From: a virus
Reading direction: 5' to 3' (one strand)
IMG/VR virus record: IMGVR_UViG_3300028840_004786
Length of the DNA stretch: 64,000 nt
Positions within the stretch are counted from its first letter, which is position 1; the number at the start of each line of letters is the position of its first letter. Shown piece by piece: positions 63,332 to 64,000 of this stretch. The translations under genes and the position numbers were made by a program. The notes under the pieces were generated by a model. That model was not told the origin of the DNA. It did no database searches and was given only the letters and a program-made list of their open reading frames with translations.

Positions 63332-63592
63332 ATGAAAAACACTATTATCCACGCGATTATCAAGGAAGTAAGGAAAGCAAGACCCATAAAACTTTATCTT
63401 GGTGATCAGTATCTTAGGCTATCCCTGAAAGAAGCAAAAAAAGTTATCTTCCATCTTCAGGCAGCAGTTGAAAAGCTTGAAATTTCAATGTTGGAAGAAG
63501 AAACAACCAAAAAGGTTATAGAAGATTGCTTCTTCGATGATCCAACACACAATCCAAAAGATTACTACGATCCAGATGAAGAAGGATTGTAA
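63332..63592 (+). CDS. hypothetical early protein
   Basis: 86-aa ORF with AAGGAG upstream. Confidence 0.55.
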   Translation: MKNTIIHAIIKEVRKARPIKLYLGDQYLRLSLKEAKKVIFHLQAAVEKLEISMLEEETTKKVIEDCFFDDPTHNPKDYYDPDEEGL

Positions 63593-63687
63593 AGCCGAAA
63601 TCCCCTCTATGAGGGGATCTATCCAGCCTGACAACTGGGTACTGATGAGGCAGTCAAAAAGCGAGGCTGATTTAAAGGAGAATTATA

Positions 63688-63933
63688 ATGATTTCTAAAA
63701 GAAAAAAGATAGAACAACTTGAAGAAATACGTTCCTATTTTATGAATTTCGACAAAAGGATTGAAAAACTTATAGAAGCAGTCGATGAAGATAACTACAT
63801 CAATGATCTTAAAAAGTTTATTTATGATTTTAACTGCAATTCCTTTTACTACATTTCTGGTGAAAAATTTATAGAAGCCATGGAAGCACTACTTGAAAAT
63901 GCCCAAGGGCTTCCGGATACAATACCTAATTAA
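63688..63933 (+). CDS. hypothetical early protein
   Basis: 81-aa ORF with AAAGGAG upstream. Confidence 0.55.
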   Translation: MISKRKKIEQLEEIRSYFMNFDKRIEKLIEAVDEDNYINDLKKFIYDFNCNSFYYISGEKFIEAMEALLENAQGLPDTIPN

Positions 63934-63965
63934 TTTATTCGCCTCGCTTAAAAGCCATATTTGAA

Positions 63966-63999
63966 AGCCCCATCGATTATACGTCGGTGGGGCTTTTTT
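63966..63999 (+). terminator. rho-independent terminator
   Basis: AGCCCCATCGA, a loop, then TCGGTGGGGCT followed by TTTTT. Confidence 0.7.
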
Positions 64000-64000
64000 A

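Noticed and set aside
1-64000. A search by eye for tRNA/tmRNA genes, integrase/excisionase, reverse transcriptase/DGR, CRISPR arrays and known toxin-antitoxin pairs
   Set aside because: I found no T-loop GGTTCGAATCC-like cloverleaf candidates, no tyrosine/serine recombinase motifs and no RT motifs (YxDD). A tRNAscan/Infernal run would be needed to exclude RNA genes in 61485-63025.

Overview
This window looks like most or all of a tailed dsDNA phage genome with a siphovirus-like tail module. It is AT-rich by eye, tightly packed, and nearly every gene has an AGGAGG-type Shine-Dalgarno. There are two arms. The plus-strand early/replication arm runs 63026-63933 and 21-18562. It encodes a DnaE-type polymerase fused to a family-4 UDG, a gp32-like SSB, a RecA/UvsX-like recombinase, FEN, a split Rad50/Mre11-like nuclease, ThyX and an Hc1-like histone protein. 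The minus-strand late arm runs 61484 down to 18623. It encodes TerL, portal, a MuF-like protein, scaffold, MCP, connectors, tail tube, a G/GT chaperone with -1 frameshift, TMP, large tail and fibre proteins, and a lysis-like cassette. The arms converge on a hairpin terminator at 18566-18597 and diverge from a 1.5-kb repeat-rich non-coding region at 61485-63025. The main finding is that nine virion-module proteins end in 9-17-residue poly-threonine tails. These include the putative tail tube, several fibre-like proteins and an unannotated 59-aa ORF next to the MCP gene. A tenth protein uses the same tracts as inter-domain linkers. A cassette with its own promoter sits among the fibre genes at 27317-32516. 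It encodes glycosyltransferases, a clear UDP-sulfoquinovose synthase (SQD1/SqdB family) homologue, a sulfotransferase-like protein and a methyltransferase. A second sulfotransferase-like gene and methyltransferase-like genes lie near the terminase. I infer a phage-encoded system that decorates virion proteins with O-linked, possibly sulfonated or sulfated, glycans on poly-Thr acceptor tags. This is inference from sequence only, and no database search was possible. I saw no tRNA, rRNA, CRISPR array, integrase or reverse transcriptase.
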